This document shows positions 52,584 to 64,000 of a stretch of 64,000 bases of DNA, piece by piece. Position 1 is the stretch's first letter; every line of letters starts with the position of its first letter. This DNA comes from Podarcis cretensis (taxonomy: Eukaryota), in NCBI GenBank assembly GCA_951804945.1, contig OX638164.1, forward strand, positions 8,060,001-8,124,000, read 5' to 3'. Under the pieces are notes generated by a model. That model made no database searches, was not told the origin of the DNA, and saw nothing but the letters and a program-made list of their open reading frames with translations. Both the position numbers and the translations under genes were made by a program.

Positions 52584-55033
52584 TTTCTTATTATAAACAA
52601 AGCATTGAAAACTGGTATTTTCAAAAAGGTCTGCTGAAATGGGATGCATTCAGCTATTAGGATAGCAATAAAAAACAAGTGTTGTTTGTTGTTGTTTTAA
52701 GAGGGGCATGGTTTAAAAGAAAAAGGGCCTTATAAGAGACTAACATAGAGAAATCTCAAAGAGGCATCAAAACCCACTTAAAACGCTTGGATGATCTCAG
52801 CCTGGTTGTCTATTTTTCAGACTCAGCATGAAGCCACCAGATGGCAAAACAAAAATGATTCCTCAAGGGTGCATGCGAGAAACAGGGAAACATGCATGCG
52901 GCAAAACTGTTATTAACTTCAAAACTAGATGGAGGAGTTTGGCAGATTTGACAATAACTAGGGAAGAAACATTCAAACGCTGCCATAATCCTTTAATAAA
53001 GGGCTCAGCGGGCTGTAAACATCATCCTGCCGGAATCGAAGATTATCATTGAAAAATAAAATGAATGGTTTTGCAAAACAACTATCAATCCGGCAAAATA
53101 ACTATTTAGAAGTTCCCTCACCATGAAAGGAAGGTGTACACAAAACAAGGCATTCAAAGGCTACCCTAAAAATACAGGATACAATTTCTGGAACTTGCCC
53201 GTGTAAAACTTCACTGAGAAGGATGGCAGCTGCACAAGTGCAGCCTAAAAGCCCTCTGGGGGCAGGGACATCTTGGGTGTAATTTGTACAGTACCAAGCT
53301 CACATACTCACACCCAAAATAAATATTAAAAATAGTGGTGAATCTTTCCTTCTCTTTAACAGACCCCACGGGAATCAAGAGCTGGCCTGCAAAATATAAT
53401 AGCACCCCCTTACCACTCATTAACTTGGAGCACATTCTATCACTAGTTCTCCAAATAAGCTGTGGAAAAGAATGCTAGTTGATACTTCACAAGGCTTACA
53501 CAAGAGAACTTCATCCCATGGCTCAGATCTGTCAGCACCCAAAATACACCATCTCCAGCAAATGTGGCAAGGCCACTTATGATTAAAATGAATGAGAGCT
53601 GCAGACATGCAAAAGAATTGACCCCATCTCCACCCTCAGACCTTTTGTTTAATTAAAGATGTTGAAATTGATCTGGCTTCCAGATACTTCCATATCCTTC
53701 TATCAACAGCTGCTGTTGCAGGATTGAGCATAAAGAATCACAGCATAACCTACAAGAACCTTTGGTTGAACTGAGGTCTGTTGGATAACATCAATAGAAT
53801 GTAAGAGATGTTTGATTTCTCTGAGGATCAGCTTATCCAACACCAGGTTGCTAAGATGTATGTGTGTATGTCTAAATATAAAGGCAAGTATCCCACAAAT
53901 ATAATTTGCAATTACAAGCAACTGTAAGTTATGTGCATGCCCATGCCCTCAACATTTATCCAAGCTGGACAGGCTCAGAGGGCCACAAGACTGCACTGCA
54001 TCACACAAAGCCTCCTGCTTGTGTACCAGTTTGAAGGTCTGAGGAATAGACTACCACTGGACTGGTCCCACACAGGGAACAGCTATAAATTATCTAGTCC
54101 ACAAGCCTGGCACCAAAACTAGCATCCCCATGTCAAGTTCTCCACTCTATTATTTAGTTCAGAACTTCCCCATATGCAAGTGCCATCATGCTATCCACTT
54201 CTCTGCCTCCAATCCACATCATTGCCTCCACTTTTAAGAACAAAGAAAAGCATGCCATGGTGACATCAATATATGGAATACAGGTTATGGAAAAGGAGAG
54301 CAGAGAGGAGTGAGAGTTTTTCTTTGGCAGTGAATCCTATACATGCCGTCCTGCCCACAGATGTGACCTGCTACCCAATCAACTCTTATGGTCCACTCGT
54401 TTAAAGCCTGCAGAAGAAACCAGACCAGCCACATTTTGGGGGATGGAATATAGCCTTTTCACAAAAAGAGCTCTACTGACTGTCATGGGACCATATATTA
54501 GACTAGATGTCTACTGCTCCCCCCATGATACACACCCCTACGGAAAAAGGAAACAAACTCTGCAGTTCTGCAGTCATCTCACAAAAACTTCTCCAACATG
54601 TGTGCTATGGCAGTGACACGCCACAGCCCTTCTCTGAACAGTTCAAAATGAAAGCAGATTAAAATGAATTCATTTTAAACTGAACAGTTTAAAACGAATT
54701 CATTCATTCACTCACTGTTTTACACGCACACACTTTACTATGAAAAAACCCAAAAACCTATCCTCCACTTCTTATATTACGCAAGATAAAAGAGTACATC
54801 ATCGTGCCTGATGTGGAATCACTGTAGGGCTGAACAGCATGCTAGTTTGATGGCTTGCAGAAATACGCAAAGATCACCACTTCTCCAACAGCATGAGGCT
54901 CTTTGGCAACATACTGAAAGCAGCACTTGTAGACTTGCGTCACTGCTAACACAAAACTGACCATCATTAGAAAAAACCTTCATGTTTCTCACAAATAAAT
55001 TCAGATTGTAAATTATGTTGACTCATGACTTAC

Positions 55034-55126
55034 CTTGCCAAACTGTTCGAAGTATTGCTTTACATCTTCCACTACTGTATTAGCTGATAATCCACCTACA
55101 AATATTTTCTTTGTTCTCGTGACCAT
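55034..55126 (-). CDS. MSI2: Musashi RNA-binding protein 2, internal coding exon (linker plus N-terminal part of RRM2)
   Basis: Translates to [31 protein letters not shown] with RNP2 [16 protein letters not shown] matches MSI2 (MSI1 has GLSVNTTVED). The exon is 93 bp, phase 0/0, with acceptor ...tttttcttttctaatttcttacAG and donor AAG/GTAAGT. Confidence 0.97.
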
Positions 55127-55165
55127 CTGTAAGAAATTAGAAAAGAAAAAGAAAAAAACATTACC
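55127..55165 (-). promoter_or_regulatory. MSI2: 3' splice site (polypyrimidine tract, candidate branch point, AG) of the MSI2 exon
   Basis: The minus strand reads ggtaatgtttttttctttttcttttctaatttcttacag immediately before the exon's ATG codon. Confidence 0.9.
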
Positions 55166-58100
55166 CCAGATTATTAAAGGAAAACAAAAAATACAATGCA
55201 TGTCATAGACATAGCTTTCAGATGCTATCCCTTTAATCCAGTTAAGGGTAAATCTCTTTCCCCATGAAAAGGAATGTACGTTCAATTCAATTATATGAAG
55301 TACTGCTGTTTGGTTAAGACTGCTTTGATGGCTGGGTTTAGGCAGCCACCAACCCCAGTGCCCACTGGGTATTTTCTTTTAATAAGCATTTTCATTTTGA
55401 GAAAGCTCCCTCACCCCCACTACCTCACCTCCATATAAAAGCCAAAACCAAAAATAAGTTGCAGCCAAGTTTCAAACAGTTTCTGTAGCCTGGCTGCTGC
55501 CTCAAAAGAAGTCCCCCTCCCCACCACACAAACACACTGGCCTCCTCCAACAATTTCCATAATTTAAAACAAATCAACACTTGTGTACCAACTGCTCCCC
55601 AAGTTGCTCAGGATGGGTGCCTCATCAACAGCCCCCCCCCCCCGGATTAAAACCTGAAGGAACACCTCTCTTGATAAATATATTTTTGAATTTAAAATAT
55701 TTAAATCCCATCTTTTGGCCTAAAAGGTCCCAGAGGCAGCCCATGACAATTATTAAACTACAGATTCACAATTTCTCAAATCCACTCCCAGAGTAATAAC
55801 AGCCAGGCCTACTTTTTTTTAAAAAAAGAATGCTGGATATAACCATTCACTCTGTCTCCCAGCATATCCTTCTAGGAATCTCTTAAAAATGTCTGCTGTA
55901 GTACAGGTATGACTCTGAAGGAATGAAAAGAGCAATGCTACATAGGATTCCCTGCTCAAAAAAGGCGCATCTGATATGGTAGGCCTGTGGCCCTTCAGAT
56001 GTTGCTGGGACAGGATTGTCAATAGTCAGGGGTGATGGGAGCTGCAGTCCCAAAACATCTGGACTTGACTACAGTTTGCCCCATACAGGAACAAGGGTTT
56101 GATTTTTCTACATGCACTTCAAACCCTCTCATGTCACATTGGTGTGCTCCAGCGCACAGCCTGGGAATTATCAGCATGAGTGCCCACTTTTTTTTATTAC
56201 TACAACAACTATGAAGCACATTAGCAGATGGCCAGTGAGCTTCTTGGCTGAGCAAGAATTTGAACTCAGTCCGTATCACTGACTGCTACACCTTACTAGT
56301 TCTGACAATGGGCTGGTCTATTATACATGCAGTAGAATGAAGTGCAAACGAGGTCGTAAAATGCACTGACAGGTACAATAATGAATATTCCACATTGCCC
56401 CGGGGCAGAGGGGGAAGAGAGATCCTAGCAATTAGGATCGTTCTCCCTGTTGCACATGTTTTATACTTGGACATCCAAAAATGGCAGAAAGCCCTGTCAA
56501 AAGTAGTCAGTATATTCAAAGTGCTGCACAAATGCTAACCAACAGAGGGGACCTAGAGCACTGCCTGTAAGATGGACATGGGTGGGCAGACATACTTTTA
56601 GCAGCTCGTGAAAACCACAAGAGGGATATACAGTGTTCGGAACTCCCATTGTTCTAGGCACATTTTGCAACAGGGAATTTTATCAGCGCGAGCAGTTTCC
56701 GAGCTCTGGGCGCAGTACTGCGCCTAAGATTTCAGATTAAAACTGCAGAGTGGAAGGAAAGGAGGACCTTTTTTGGCCTCCCCACTTCTAGCTACTCTCT
56801 GTAGACTGGAGAAGAGACCCTCTTAAGAATACTAGGGAGCTGAGAAGGGGAAGGACCAGAGCACGTGAAAAATGAACGTCCTATTTTAGCTGCAGTTCAT
56901 TCATTTTCAGCTTTGTATTATTGCTATAAAAAGTGCACCTAGGCATTCCGTTGTTGCGTCCATAACCTAGGTTTAAGGTGCCATTTAGCTCCTAGCTTTC
57001 ATATCTCGGTTTCTAACACTGGGGTAGAGGGGGGAGGGGAGCCTGTATAGCTACTGACACAATGGATAAGGTCCATTAAGCTAAGGTAAAACATAAATTT
57101 TGAGGGGAAACTCTCCAAGTTGTCTCCAGTGTTGGTCCTACTCAGCTTAAACCCACTGAAATTAATGGACATGACTAACTTGGGCCTATTCAAAGTAGAA
57201 TATAGTTGGATACAACTCTCTAATCCCAACACTCTCTCACCCTTTTGAATGCTGAAGGGACTACATACAGGAGATGGAAATGGATTAAAACTGAGGTAAA
57301 TTATTTTCCAAAGAATATTTGTGAGGCGAGGAAAAACTTCTAAAGACAGTTCCTCATCATGTTGTTCAGACAGTGGTAAAAAGAGAACCAAGGGGAGGGC
57401 CCTCAAGGCATACAGGATGAGGACAGGGGCTGCTGCATGGCTCTTTGAAGCCTCCGTCGTTTCCAAAATGCCGCTCTGCAGAAGCCACACGCATGACTGT
57501 GCACAGACCACAAAGAGCTTCCAAGCTTGGCGAGGCAGGAGGGAAAGAATAGAGCAGGTTGGAAAGAACAATAAAGACTTCACCCGAGATCACAAAAGAT
57601 TTGCATTAAAAAATCTTAACAGGTGTCCAAAACAACTTGGAGTGCCTTTTGGCCACAGCAGCAAATGTGTTGTGACTTGCGCTGCACGCGGGAGCATTCT
57701 GTTACTCTGAGGATCAATTAAAAACTAATTTTAGTGAGATCGTGTTGTGTGTGGCTTAGGCAGCTCAGAGTGGGAGGCATTCAAGAGGAGAAGCAACAAG
57801 GGGAAAATTACGCCTTGGCTGCCAACAGTGCTGCTAGAAGACATTAGCTGCGACAGAAGCTCACAAACTTTCCCTAGCTGAGCTGAGGATGCTCTTCACT
57901 TCAGGAGTCAGAAAAGGGTTTACAGGACAAGGAGAACACACACATGCGGTAACCCCAGCACCTCGGTCCTGAACGCAAGAGCTTTCAGGTGAGGGACAAC
58001 AAGTCATACCACAGTCACACCCTGACAAATTTGCAAGGAACCAGAGCATGGAGGTCTGGGTGAGCTCTGACCCCCCCCCCCAAAAAAAAAAAAAAGATTC

Positions 58101-59501
58101 AACGTGCTTCTATCACCTATGAATGTAAGGCACTGCATGTGATGGTGGAGGAGGGACAGATGTCTCCATTCCTCCTCCACCAGCCTACTTGGTTGTCCAT
58201 ACTACTAGCCACAGAGGAAGGAATACAATGCTGGATCATGGGGGAAGGAGGATTCACTTAAACTCTCCAATGCCAATCTGCATGCTAGAAGGCAATGTTT
58301 TACTTAGCCTGGCCTACCAGCAGGGAACCACAGATTGTTGTTGTTGTTCCTAAACTTTTGTAAGCTTATTTGCAATAGCTGGGTGAGGTGCATGCCACTA
58401 GCAACGCTGGTTCTGATTCACCACCTTCAACTTTCTGGGAGGAAACCACACTACCCTTTGTCCTTGGCTCCAAAAACCCAGTGATGGGCCAAAAGGTTGC
58501 TGTCCCAGGATTATTGCCTGCATCAACAGGTCCAAAGATTTCTTCTGTTTTTCTTGAACCTACCCATGCATTTTGCTTTTATCATAATATTAGAAATGTA
58601 ATCTGATTTAGATCTAAAAAGAATGGCAATTTGTAGACTGGTTCTCCTGTCAGCACAGGAAACAGACTGCAAGAAAACCAAGAGGGCAGCTGTGATCTGG
58701 GTACGCAAATATCTGAAGCCCCACTCTCTATGTCCAATTGGCAGGCATGCCCAATCTCAGCAATGGCAAGGCCTAGAATCCATGGCTCTGTGGTGTGATG
58801 AGCCTCCAAGGCTATAATATGGACACTGGGCACTGACAAATCCCCAAGAACAGGTTTGACTCCTAACACTCCAAGTGTCCATTGGCTCTCCTCAACAGCA
58901 AAGATTCTAAAGACTTCCTGTTTAGGCTAGAACTTGTCTGGGTAATAAAAGCCTTTCCTGGATGACTTGGCCTGGCATTCTGGCTCCACATCTACTCCAA
59001 GGCACAACTCTGATACTCCAGTTCAAAATGCACATAACATTATACAGAGAAGACATGCATGCAGTTTTCAACAAATTCCAATTAAACCAAACTTGCAATT
59101 AAGTCTACAAAGTTTACCAGCCCAGGAAAATAAGAAGGAAGGAAGCATGTATTATTATATAGTTCCCACTAGGAGCATTTCAATGGTCTCAATGGCGGGG
59201 GCATAAGACTTTTTACAGATTTTTTCCTGCCTGTCTGGAGCCAGCCTTTACTTTCCACAAGCAACCATGCATGGGGATATTTATTAGCTTGATTTTGCTA
59301 CAAATTGGGCCCTTCTTATGTATACTGTAAAGTGAAAAGTGCTGAAAATGTACCTGTCATACTTGGCAACTTTACTTTCCAATGATGGACACACACCTGA
59401 GTACACCAAAAAGCCATGTAAGAAATGGCAGACAGTTAAGATTCCAGGCAAATTCTGACCTTGCAGAGCAAACTGATAGTGTTCAATAAGAGGAAGAAAG
59501 A

Positions 59502-59840
59502 ACAGGGTTGCAACCTTTAACTGATTAATTGGTTAGAATTAATTAATCAAACAAAACAGACTAAAAAGGCATCCCTAATAAAATTGGGTGACAACTTTAA
59601 AAAAAGTTTATTAATTTAACTAATACTAATTAAAGCTGTGAATGGCAGGCACCATCTTAGAAGAGGCATTCCTCATTCCATCTCACCGAGGAAGGAATGC
59701 CTCTCTTAGGATGGCACGTACTATGGAATATATATGCACAATCTAAAAACATTTCCTTCCTACTTGAGACAGCTTAATGCAAATTTATGCAGATTTAAAT
59801 TGATTAAAAGACGATTTTTAAAAATCATATGACAGCCTTA
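59502..59840. mobile_element. Same hAT-like family, copy 3
   Basis: Ends tgacagcctta, with GATTAA-rich subterminal motifs and an internal hairpin at 59649-59717. Confidence 0.6.
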
Positions 59841-61302
59841 GTTACTGAGCTAACAGCTTCAGTGAAACTCCATATGGCCCCTCTATATATTCTTGGGAGT
59901 CCCCATAATCATACTCCCCTCCAGTGCAGCAGCCAAAAAGAGAGAAAGAAAATCCCAGACAGAGCTAGGGAAAGGAAAGAGCATGTATTTATCAAAAAGC
60001 TGCTGACATACCAAGATGGCCTGGAAGACAATGGCTTATTAAAAGGAAGTTGTAAGCTCCAGGCACATACAAGTAAAGACAAGAAGCCAGGATGCAAACA
60101 TTTCACAAAGAACAAAAGTTGCAGCAGTCAGTACCACAATATACTATCCTGACCTGGTGGTGGAAGGAGGAGCTGGAGGCTGTGGCATGAGATCTTTTGG
60201 CATGAGAGGAGAGAAAAGGAGGCTGCCTTCCCCCCACCAAAGCACAGGCACCCACACAGGGGGAGGTGCAAGAGACCACTTTCCCTTTAATGACTAAGTG
60301 CCCTCCTCCATCCACAGAGCTTGAAGGACACCAGAGGTTGGAGGAAGGGAGTTGGAGGGGGGGACGGACAGGAAGCAGAAAATCCACCAGCTGTACAAGT
60401 GCATCAGCAGCCATGGGACCAAAGACGCCCTGGCTGGAAAGAAGGCGTGTGAATTGATACTATTATCAGAGCTTATTGGAAGCAAGGATTCATTCCCCAC
60501 ACCCCACCTGAAGTTTTCCTCTGAGCTGCATGGAAGAGAGGGGAAGGTGGAGCATGTGAGCCCAATGCAGCAGTTCCATGGAGCACCAAAGCTTGCTCTA
60601 GTACTATGTGTGAACATAGTTGGTGCCTCTGTGCATGTGCAGAGAACCTTTCAAAAACCAGTGCCGGAGCCAGCCTCTGTGCACCTGAGATAGATGGGAA
60701 AGAATTCCAGCAAGCATCAAGCCCCAGAACATTCTCACAGTCCTAACACTGCATCTACCCCTAATATCTGAAAAATAATAATACTGAATTGGGAATGCCA
60801 AGAGGCGCCACTGGACAACGAGGGACACAATTGCGTGTTGGGATGTAGCCATGATCAAAAGCCTTCTTAGATTTTCAGTATTGCCATACACAACCCGTGC
60901 CTCCCCAAAGAACCCCAGGCAGAGCATGGAACAAATTAAACAACAGTCCAATTTCAAATGTTCACCCCCTTTCCCCAAACTGCAAGCCTAACTATCTTTC
61001 AGTGACTTAATTCACTCTATTTTAAATAAAATCACCCTAAAACCGAGCAGCATTAAAATTCAATTATTCCTCTCCTGGCTGCAATCCACGGCTCTACAAT
61101 TGAAGTCCAAGCATATATTTTGCTGTAGAAAATTGTCATTTACAAATAAGAACTGGCTGAAGCAGCCTTGTAACTAAAGCATTTGCAGGCCTGTCAGGGG
61201 GCCTTTTGCACGCCAGTGTTTGATTTAATATGGGGCCAAGCATTTAGTGTCACAGAGGAGGGGGAGAACAGGGGAAAGGAGGGGGAGAGGCAATTATTCT
61301 GA

Positions 61303-61330
61303 GTGTGTGTGTGTGTGTGTGTGTGTGTGT
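61303..61330. repeat. (GT)n microsatellite
   Basis: Read directly from the sequence; a (CA)n tract also lies at 51442-51460. Confidence 0.97.
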
Positions 61331-62808
61331 ACACATATGCAATTATCAATTTGATATGCAACATCTCAAAAAAAGAAAGAAGGGGAGGAAGGAAAGTGAC
61401 TTCCTTTCGGAAACTGAGAAGGAAGGGGGGAAGCTGGGGGGACATCACTTTGCCTCAGTGACTTTGGTCAAAGAAATATTGGTAATGACAAGGAAACACA
61501 CAGCAACAACATTTTAATGCTTGGAGATGCATTGCGAGGGAGGAAATTGTTTCAGAAAGCAGCTCTTTGGCGCAAAAAAATGGAAAGCACAAAATTAAGT
61601 CTCACTGTGGCAATCTATGTTTTCCTGAAAAGACAGTTCAATTGCTTCGTTATACATGTTCCCCTCCATGAGGGAATAAAAGTCATTTGTTGCCTTAGCA
61701 ATTCTTTCCACCATGACAGGCTTAAGCAGATGTCAGCGCCCTCCTCCTCTTCCCCCGAGTGCAAACCACGGCCGTGACCACGCAACACCATGCCACCGAG
61801 TGATGCCACAAACCCAAGCCCTCCCTGAACGTTTCAACCTTTTGACTTTGTTCTGAATCGGAGATAAGGAGGTGTCACCAACTGAGGGGAGGGTGGCAGG
61901 AAGGCAAGCTAGAGTGTGGTGATTTTTTTCATTTATAAATAAAGTCAACATATGAAACAGCTTCCTTGCATTCCAGCCTTAATCATTCAGATACGTACTT
62001 ATTCGGGTGGCTGCTTATGCAAAATAAAAATAAAAATAAGAGAGTCAGATTTTGCACAAAATTTGCATATGCTTAGAAGTATAGATGCACGTTTAGAATT
62101 AATCACTGTAATTTAAACAACACATTTTCATCATAGCAGGAAATAATCGTGTAATGAGGGGCTAACTGTTGACAGGGAACTCCAAGGCCACTGCTCCCTT
62201 ATTATGGTTCCTTGTATTTAAACCGTCTCGGACTGGCCAGCCCTTCAAAGAGGAGACACCGCCAAATCAAAGAGAGTCACATGTAAAAGAGGACACCCAC
62301 ACACCCTGGAAGTTCTCTAAAAACAGGCAGCATGTGCCAGTGACATAGCATAGGGTTGGGGTGGCCACAGGGGCGGTTTCCCCGGGTGAAAAAATGGTTT
62401 GGGGCACAATACAGCTGTGCACTCCATCACTGGGCTCCATTGAAAACGCCTTCTCCATGCAAACCAGGAAGTGAACTCTCCAGGCAACGGAACAACTCTT
62501 CTTATCTCCGTGGCTGCGATCTCTCGGGTGAATGTGCACGCACCATTAACATATCACGGGAAGCAGCCGGCATTGCCCTGCTGCACAGAAGGCCCAACTC
62601 TGACCACAGGAGGCAAATCAATGGCTGTTGGCAACAACCTAACCCCAGAGGTGGTGAACCTGTGGCCTTGGACTACAACTCCCATCATCCCTTGGCCATG
62701 CTGGGAGATGGGAGTCCGAAGATTGCTTGGAGGGCTGCAAGTTCCCCCATCCCTGGGGTGGGTGGGTGTGTACCAACTGGCAGCTGGTCTCCCAAGCTTC
62801 TGACACAT

Positions 62809-62897
62809 GTCTTTCCCAACCCTACCTGTAAATACCAGAGGGTGAACCCGAGACCTTCTGCATGCAGAGCACACGCTCTACCATTGAGCTACGGCCT
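62809..62897 (-). mobile_element. Squam2-type SINE head (tRNA-derived)
   Basis: The minus strand reads ggccgtagctcaatggtagagcgtgtgctctgcatgcagaaggtctcgggttcaccc...gtagggttgggaaagac. Confidence 0.75.
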
Positions 62898-64000
62898 GAT
62901 CTCCACTGCTAACTCACATTACTCCTCCCAGCCGCCAGCTTCCGAGCTCAACTCTCTCATCTCGCCTGGCAGTTGGGAACTTACTGACAGAATTTCGGAG
63001 TCAGTGTTCCAGGTTGCCCCTAGCAACCCGCCACGTAGAGAACAATGGGATCAGACAGCTGGAATAGGCCCGGAGTCCAAGCCCCTCATCTGAGGACAGG
63101 ATCCTGCCCATGTTAAGATCGCAGTCGCAGCACAAATCAATCAAACCATATACATTACAACCTCCTCAAGAGTGAGAAGCGAGGCCGAGCAACAGAGCGG
63201 CAGTCCCATTGACAGAAGACAAACAATCTGGTTCCAGGCCTGAAACACCCTTAAGACTGAAGGGGGAACTCTCAAACAATCAATAACCCATCCCCCCCAA
63301 CATGTAGAAAACAAGCATGTGAGGGGGGAAAGCTAGCTTTCTGTGTGCAGGGTCAGAATAGATCGGTGCCCTCATTCAGCGGCATTGAGATCTCTTCTCT
63401 GCTGTTCTCTGACCTCAGTGCCTCAGTCACTGCGATCTTCATCAGCTATAGTCACTTCAAAGTGAGAATCATGACTTGGGCTTCTAGGAGACAAAAAAGG
63501 CACTGGTGATCACTGACAGTTTGAAATATTAGGTTAAAAAGATCTTTAAATAATCCTTTGAAATATTGATACTGCCTTCCTCTCGCAAAAGACAAGGAGG
63601 TTTACAAGGTTTATTCAGAACCACTGAAGTAAAAACCCATGTGCTGGTTGAAGATGATGAGTACTGCTACCTCAAAAATTCTTTGAAATTTCTATTTTGT
63701 CAAATATGAGCAAGAAAATTTTGCTGCCTTCTCACTACATTGAGGTGGCCAAAACAAATAATCCACCTTTAATTTCAGCAGCCAAGGGAGGAGATTGGAA
63801 AAAGAAGTTTCTCTCATTCAATACACTTCGCAAAACTGAACCATCCTTACCCTGATTCTGGCTTAGACTTAGTTTCAAACTAGACTCTGATTTTGCCTGC
63901 CAAAAAGGGGAGGGGGAGTTCAGGACATTCCAGATACTGAAGGACTCAAGGCTGAAAAAAGTTGGGGAGCTTCTGGTATCTCTATTCCACCATCCATGAC

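Larger units (their letters stand above)
1..55033 (-). other. MSI2: MSI2 intron downstream of the exon (continues beyond the window)
   Basis: GTAAGT donor at 55033-55028. The next expected MSI2 exon (VEDAMLMFDK...) was not found in the window. Vertebrate MSI2 has very large introns here. Confidence 0.85.
55127..64000 (-). other. MSI2: MSI2 intron upstream of the exon (continues beyond the window)
   Basis: Ends in the AG acceptor. The preceding exon (IDPKVAFPRRAQPK) was not seen in the window. Confidence 0.85.

Noticed and set aside
55013-55285. The 90-aa ORF as a complete protein
   Set aside because: Only 31 codons are exon; the rest is intron read-through (the poly-F run is the polypyrimidine tract).
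56999-57583. 194-aa ORF
   Set aside because: It overlaps a palindromic repeat, shows no recognisable domain and has no clear exon context.
60797-60812. CTCF-like motifs (also near 14735 and 56539)
   Set aside because: Each has several mismatches to the core consensus and cannot be supported without a PWM scan or ChIP data.
62356-63093. 245-aa ORF
   Set aside because: It runs through a palindromic MITE and a SINE head, starts at TTG and has no recognisable domain; probably a chance ORF.
1-64000. A novel multi-gene, CRISPR-like or defence system
   Set aside because: The window is vertebrate intronic DNA with no operon-like ORF clusters or regularly spaced repeat-spacer arrays; the dispersed repeats are TEs.

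Overview
Eukaryotic genomic DNA from a squamate reptile; the SINE content (Sauria SINE/Squam1, Squam2, Squam3) suggests a lacertid lizard. The window lies inside the Musashi-2 (MSI2) gene on the minus strand. It holds one 93-bp coding exon (55034-55126, start of RRM2; equivalent to human exon 6 from memory), and the rest is two very large introns. The introns contain a young 5'-truncated L1 with an intact ORF2 C-terminus and a 17-bp target-site duplication (TSD), a second L1 3'UTR copy inverted about 250 bp away, tRNA- and 5S-derived SINEs, an RTE-derived non-autonomous element, L2/CR1 relics, hAT and Tc1/mariner MITEs (some nested), microsatellites, two assembly gaps and several repeat-free, enhancer-like blocks. 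I found no CRISPR array, prokaryotic system or new protein-coding gene. The best leads concern RNA structure or processing of the MSI2 pre-mRNA and TE insertion history. Repeat family names come from recognition by eye, not from a database search.
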